Assembly (NCBI GenBank): GCA_041178425.1
Contig: JBEGVH010000043.1
Span: 1 to 20,454 of the forward strand
Source of the DNA: Pseudomonadota bacterium
Lineage (GTDB): Bacteria > Bdellovibrionota > Bdellovibrionia > Bdellovibrionales > Bdellovibrionaceae
Direction: 5' to 3'
DNA length: 20,454 bases
Both the position numbers and the translations under genes were made by a program. Below the pieces are notes generated by a model, which ran no database searches, was not told the origin of the DNA, and worked only from the letters and a program-made list of their open reading frames with translations. This document shows positions 16,728 to 20,454 of this stretch, one piece after another; position 1 is the stretch's first letter, and the number at the start of each line of letters is the position of its first letter.

Positions 16728-17879
16728 TTACTTTTCGGAATCTTTTTCGGTTTGGTAGCTCAGTTCAAAAAGAATTTGGCTATCATTGACGCTTTCGTCG
16801 AGGAGTGACGTTTTCCAGTATTTATAGGTAATACCAGCAGCAAAATGGTCGTTTAATTTATGTTTACCTGATACTTCTAAAACAGAAGAATACCCCGATC
16901 GCCCATCAGTATAGGTCCAGTCTTCGCTGATCGTGTATTGCCCGCCCTTTAAAAAAATCAGGTCGGTGTTGGGTTTCCATTTAAGGCCTTGGCGTGTTTC
17001 ATAGATTGGCTCTACATCGCTTTCTCCATTGGTTCGGGCTATGTAACGAACGCCTGGCCCTACGGATGCATTGAGTGAAATAGATTTATCAAGATTATTC
17101 CAAGTTTTATCGACGAGGGCCGCAACGTCGACCGTATTAATATGAGGATAGCCCTCCGCCTTAAGATTCAGAGCACCATCCCAGGATTTCTCAAAAAGAT
17201 TCTCTCTAAGAACTTTTCCTTCAACAAGATAACGAAAGGTGGTTACTTGCTGTTCGGCTTTAGCGTAAAAAACTTCTGAACGGCCTTTAAAAACAGTTCG
17301 AGAATCGATTTGGTAAAGCCCTTTGAGGGCCCCGTTAAGATTAATTATTTGTTCATTGGATACGTTGGCGAGAGAAAAACCAACCTTGATGTCAAATTGC
17401 GAGCGTTTTATGACCTCGAGCGGTTTGACCGCAATTTTTGTTTTGCTCGAAACCAGGTTCACCGGAGCACCCGATAGCTTTTCGGTGAAGATTCCTAATA
17501 TTTCTGGGTTTCCTTGCCTAACAGCAAGGTCAAAGGCATTCATGCGATGGCTATTGCGGATCCGCCAATCGGCCCCCTGAGCAAGAAGCCAATGAACAGC
17601 CTCCGCGCACTGATTAAGAACAGCTAAATGCAAAAGAGTCTCTTGATTTAAATTGTAAGTGCTTTGATTGAGCGATTCAACCTGCGTTAAGGCCCTCATC
17701 AAAGCACTGCCGGAGCTCAGATCACAGCGAGAAGGATCCTTCTTTGATTTTAAAAGTCGTGTCGCTTCCACGAAGGGATCAGCAACGGTGTTTTGGGAGT
17801 CATCAGAGGCAAAGAGCAATTGCTCAGAAAAAACTAAGGCTAGAAAAAGACCTAAGTGAACTAACTTCGATGACGCCAT
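16728..17879 (-). CDS. Ankyrin-repeat / outer-membrane beta-barrel (DUF481-like) fusion protein
   Basis: Signal peptide. Ankyrin consensus 'ETLLHLAVLNQCAEAVHWLLAQGAD…MNAFDLAVRQGNPEILGIF'. The C-terminal ~220 aa are alternating beta-strands ('LNASVGPGVRY', 'FAAGITYKY', 'QILFELSY'). Start placed at ATG 17879. The ORF track start is TTG 17897. Confidence 0.75.
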   Translation of the reverse strand: MASSKLVHLGLFLALVFSEQLLFASDDSQNTVADPFVEATRLLKSKKDPSRCDLSSGSALMRALTQVESLNQSTYNLNQETLLHLAVLNQCAEAVHWLLAQGADWRIRNSHRMNAFDLAVRQGNPEILGIFTEKLSGAPVNLVSSKTKIAVKPLEVIKRSQFDIKVGFSLANVSNEQIINLNGALKGLYQIDSRTVFKGRSEVFYAKAEQQVTTFRYLVEGKVLRENLFEKSWDGALNLKAEGYPHINTVDVAALVDKTWNNLDKSISLNASVGPGVRYIARTNGESDVEPIYETRQGLKWKPNTDLIFLKGGQYTISEDWTYTDGRSGYSSVLEVSGKHKLNDHFAAGITYKYWKTSLLDESVNDSQILFELSYQTEKDSEK

Positions 17880-17918
17880 GGGGACCCGAGTGTGCAAGTT
17901 TGAGGCCCTTTTTTTTGA

Positions 17919-17934
17919 TAAATTAATTAATTTA
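17919..17934. promoter_or_regulatory. Perfect 16-bp AT palindrome in a divergent promoter region
   Basis: TAAATTAATTAATTTA lies between the divergently transcribed ankyrin-barrel and xdhA genes. Confidence 0.3.
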
Positions 17935-18047
17935 GGGGCGGCGAGTTTAAGCTTGTCACTTTTTATAGGTAGAATGTTAAGCTTTTCGAGGAGTTAGGAT
18001 TCGTAGTGGCACCTTCAACGCCTCTAGGAAGTTCAAAAAGGGGCCCC

Positions 18048-19511
18048 ATGAATATCCATAAAATTTGTTTTGGTATCAATAGCAAGGTATTTAGCATCTC
18101 TCCTAGTATGGGATCGATGAGTCTTTCTTCCTTTTTGCGCGATAAAGAGCACCTCAAGGGAACAAAAATTGTTTGTGCCGAAGGTGATTGTGGAGCGTGT
18201 GCTGTCTTGATTGATCGCTCAGGTCGCGGAAAGTACGAGCCCGTAAATAGCTGTATTTTTCCAATGATAGCTCTTGAAGGCGCTCATATTGTTACTATCG
18301 AGGGGCTTTCGGAGGCCTACCCGAGCCATCCTGTTAAAGAGGCCCTTATTGAGTCACTCGGAAGTCAGTGTGGTTTTTGTACGCCAGGGTTTATGGTTAC
18401 ATTATCTAATTTTTACGAAAGGTCGCTTACCAAGAAATGCCCTCCTCAAAAAGAAACCATTAAATTGGGGTGTTCAGGGCACTTGTGTCGCTGTACGGGA
18501 TATCAGGATATTTTATCAGGGGCCATAAAGGCGTTTGAACAAAAAGCCTCCCTCAATCCGTTGCATGAGGTTTTTGGTGAAGTCAGAGAGAAAATCTTCA
18601 ATCAAACCAAAAAAGATATTTTTTATAAGGACGAAAATCAGTTGCTTGCTATTCCTGCGACGATGTCTCGCGCTCTTAGCTGGAAAGCTGAATATCCAGA
18701 AATAAAAATTCTTGGGGGCGCAACAGATCTTGGTGTCGAGGCTAACAAACGTGAACTTTTTTTTCAATCTTGGATGAGTTTGAAAAATATTGATGAACTC
18801 AGCCGCCTTCAGAAAAAGAAAGACGGACGTTATGAGATAGGTGCCAACGTGAGCCTCACTTCTGTACGAAGAGCCTTAAAAAAAGACCACCCTGAATTTT
18901 CGGAATTTCTTAAAAACTTCGCGTCTCCCAATATTAGGCATGTAGGAACTCTCGTCGGAAATATAGTGACGGCGTCGCCTATCGGCGACGTTCTACCGTA
19001 TTTAGTTTTGAATGATGCAGAGGTCACTTTAATGAGTCTAAGAGGTGTTCGCCACGTCAAAATAAACGACTTTTTTTGCGGTTACCGACAAACATGCTTG
19101 GGGGCCGATGAAATCGTGGCGTCAATCACACTTTTTCCTCGCGATATGGGAGCGACGATAATGCTCCAAAAAGTTTCTAAACGCGAACACATGGATATCA
19201 GTACGTTAAGTATCGCAGTGAAAGGTCAAATGATCGATGGTCGTCTGGCTCACTTTGCCTGTGTGTTTGGGGGCATGGCGGCCACCGTCGAGCGAGATTC
19301 TGTTTTTGAAGATCAATGGAATGGCTTAACGCTGGAAGAACTAAAAGCAAAAAAGGTGAGCCTCGCACAAGTCTATAAACCGTTAAGCGACCACCGTGGC
19401 TCCAGTCGCTATCGTTTGACGGTGGCCGAAAATCTTTTAAGGGGCTTTTTTGAGCGGTTAACGACCTCCTCGATTAAGGCGGCTCCAAAAGCAGAGGAAG
19501 GTGTTTTGTGA
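18048..19511 (+). CDS. xdhA: Xanthine dehydrogenase small subunit (2x[2Fe-2S] and FAD)
   Basis: 'GTKIVCAEGDCGAC', 'GSQCGFCTPGF', 'LCRCTGY', FAD-domain 'GGATDL', 'ASPIGD' and 'SDHRGSSRYR'. Start placed at ATG 18048 after AGGGGG. The track start is GTG 18006. Confidence 0.93.
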   Translation: MNIHKICFGINSKVFSISPSMGSMSLSSFLRDKEHLKGTKIVCAEGDCGACAVLIDRSGRGKYEPVNSCIFPMIALEGAHIVTIEGLSEAYPSHPVKEALIESLGSQCGFCTPGFMVTLSNFYERSLTKKCPPQKETIKLGCSGHLCRCTGYQDILSGAIKAFEQKASLNPLHEVFGEVREKIFNQTKKDIFYKDENQLLAIPATMSRALSWKAEYPEIKILGGATDLGVEANKRELFFQSWMSLKNIDELSRLQKKKDGRYEIGANVSLTSVRRALKKDHPEFSEFLKNFASPNIRHVGTLVGNIVTASPIGDVLPYLVLNDAEVTLMSLRGVRHVKINDFFCGYRQTCLGADEIVASITLFPRDMGATIMLQKVSKREHMDISTLSIAVKGQMIDGRLAHFACVFGGMAATVERDSVFEDQWNGLTLEELKAKKVSLAQVYKPLSDHRGSSRYRLTVAENLLRGFFERLTTSSIKAAPKAEEGVL

Positions 19512-20454
19512 ATCGAACTCATTATTCGGGAGAATCTCAATTTGTTGATGATATCATTCGCACAGAAAACGAGGTCATTGTTGGGATCGTTGGTGCGCCC
19601 TGTGCGGCCGGTAGGGTAACTAAAATTGATGTGAGTGAGGCCTTGAAGGTCTCTGGAGTTCTTGGAGTTTTTACCGCTCAAGATTTTCATGAAAAATATT
19701 GGGGAGCTATCATCAAAGATCAGCCCTTTCTTGTTATTGACGAAATTGGATACAAGCACGAACCAGTTTGCGCCGTGGCCGCAACATCATTTGAGGCTCT
19801 TGCCGAAGCCAAGCGCAGAGTTAAAATTGAGGTAATTTCACGAGAGCCAATCATCGATGGGAGAGAGGCTTATTTAAAAAAACAGATACTCGTGAAAGAG
19901 AAGAGTTTTCAGCGGGGGGCTGTTCAGGAGGCCTTAAATGCCGCGACCTATAGGCACTCAGGTGTTCTTGAAATTGGTGGGCAAGAGCATTTTTATTTAG
20001 AGCCACAGTCCAGTTTAGTTGTTCCCGTGGACCGCAGCTATCTCAAAGTTTACTGTGCCACTCAACATACGACCGAGACCCAACAGGAGTGTGCTTTAGC
20101 CACAGGACTTGGATTTCACCAGGTCGGATGTGAAGCACGACGCTTGGGTGGTGGATTTGGCGGCAAAGAAACGCAGGCCAGTCACTTTGCTGCGATTGCT
20201 GCCGTTGTTGCCCATCGGTTGCAGAGACCTGCGCGTTTAGTTTTAAATCGCGATGATGATTTTTGGATGACAGGAAAGCGACACCCTTTTCGGATTGAAT
20301 ATGATGTGGGCTATGAGGCCAGCGGTCGAATCAAGGCATTAAAGATGAATTTGATCGGGGATGGAGGAGCTTATACCGATTTATCTCCCTCCATTCTTGA
20401 TCGCGCACTCTACCACGCTGATGGCGCCTACCATATTGAAAATCTCGAATTTGT
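19508..20454 (+). CDS. xdhB: Xanthine dehydrogenase molybdopterin-binding subunit (5' part, runs off the window)
   Basis: Translated by hand from GTG 19508 (GTGA overlap with the xdhA stop): MNRTHYSGESQFVDD…GGQEHFYLEPQ…ATQHT…RRLGGGFGGKETQ…TGKRHPF. I saw no stop codon. Confidence 0.93.
   Translation, partial: MNRTHYSGESQFVDDIIRTENEVIVGIVGAPCAAGRVTKIDVSEALKVSGVLGVFTAQDFHEKYWGAIIKDQPFLVIDEIGYKHEPVCAVAATSFEALAEAKRRVKIEVISREPIIDGREAYLKKQILVKEKSFQRGAVQEALNAATYRHSGVLEIGGQEHFYLEPQSSLVVPVDRSYLKVYCATQHTTETQQECALATGLGFHQVGCEARRLGGGFGGKETQASHFAAIAAVVAHRLQRPARLVLNRDDDFWMTGKRHPFRIEYDVGYEASGRIKALKMNLIGDGGAYTDLSPSILDRALYHADGAYHIENLEF

Noticed and set aside
12730..18047. Mobile element or prophage origin of the accessory block
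   Set aside because: I saw no integrase, transposase, phage gene, tRNA target or flanking direct repeat.
1069..19759. Many short alternative-frame and antisense ORFs in the track (e.g. 6231-6776 -, 11740-12138 -, 15571-15936 +, 19409-19759 -)
   Set aside because: They overlap well-supported genes, lack recognisable motifs and are expected shadows of codon bias.

Overview
Bacterial chromosomal window, most likely from a Bdellovibrionota (Bdellovibrio-like) genome. That assignment is an inference from gene order, Cys-rich exported proteins and a 'YQAC'-type signal. Positions 1-12729 (+) are mostly core genes: an outer-membrane beta-barrel protein, a SurA-like exported protein, rimI, then rimP-nusA-infB-rbfA-truB-rpsO-pnp and an M16 zinc peptidase. 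This part has clear regulatory RNA signals: a rimP leader attenuator, a candidate S15 leader, a long infB-rbfA hairpin and terminators. Positions 12790-17897 (-) hold four co-oriented genes that all appear exported: a lipoprotein CE4 deacetylase, a protein of four C-X22/23-C modules, a putative lipoprotein with three tandem 4-Cys repeats, and an ankyrin/outer-membrane beta-barrel fusion. From about 18048 to the end (+) lie xdhA and the 5' part of xdhB, which is missing from the supplied ORF track. I saw no tRNA, rRNA, CRISPR array, transposase or integrase. The best novelty candidates are the minus-strand cell-envelope genes. The sequence alone does not show that they form one system.
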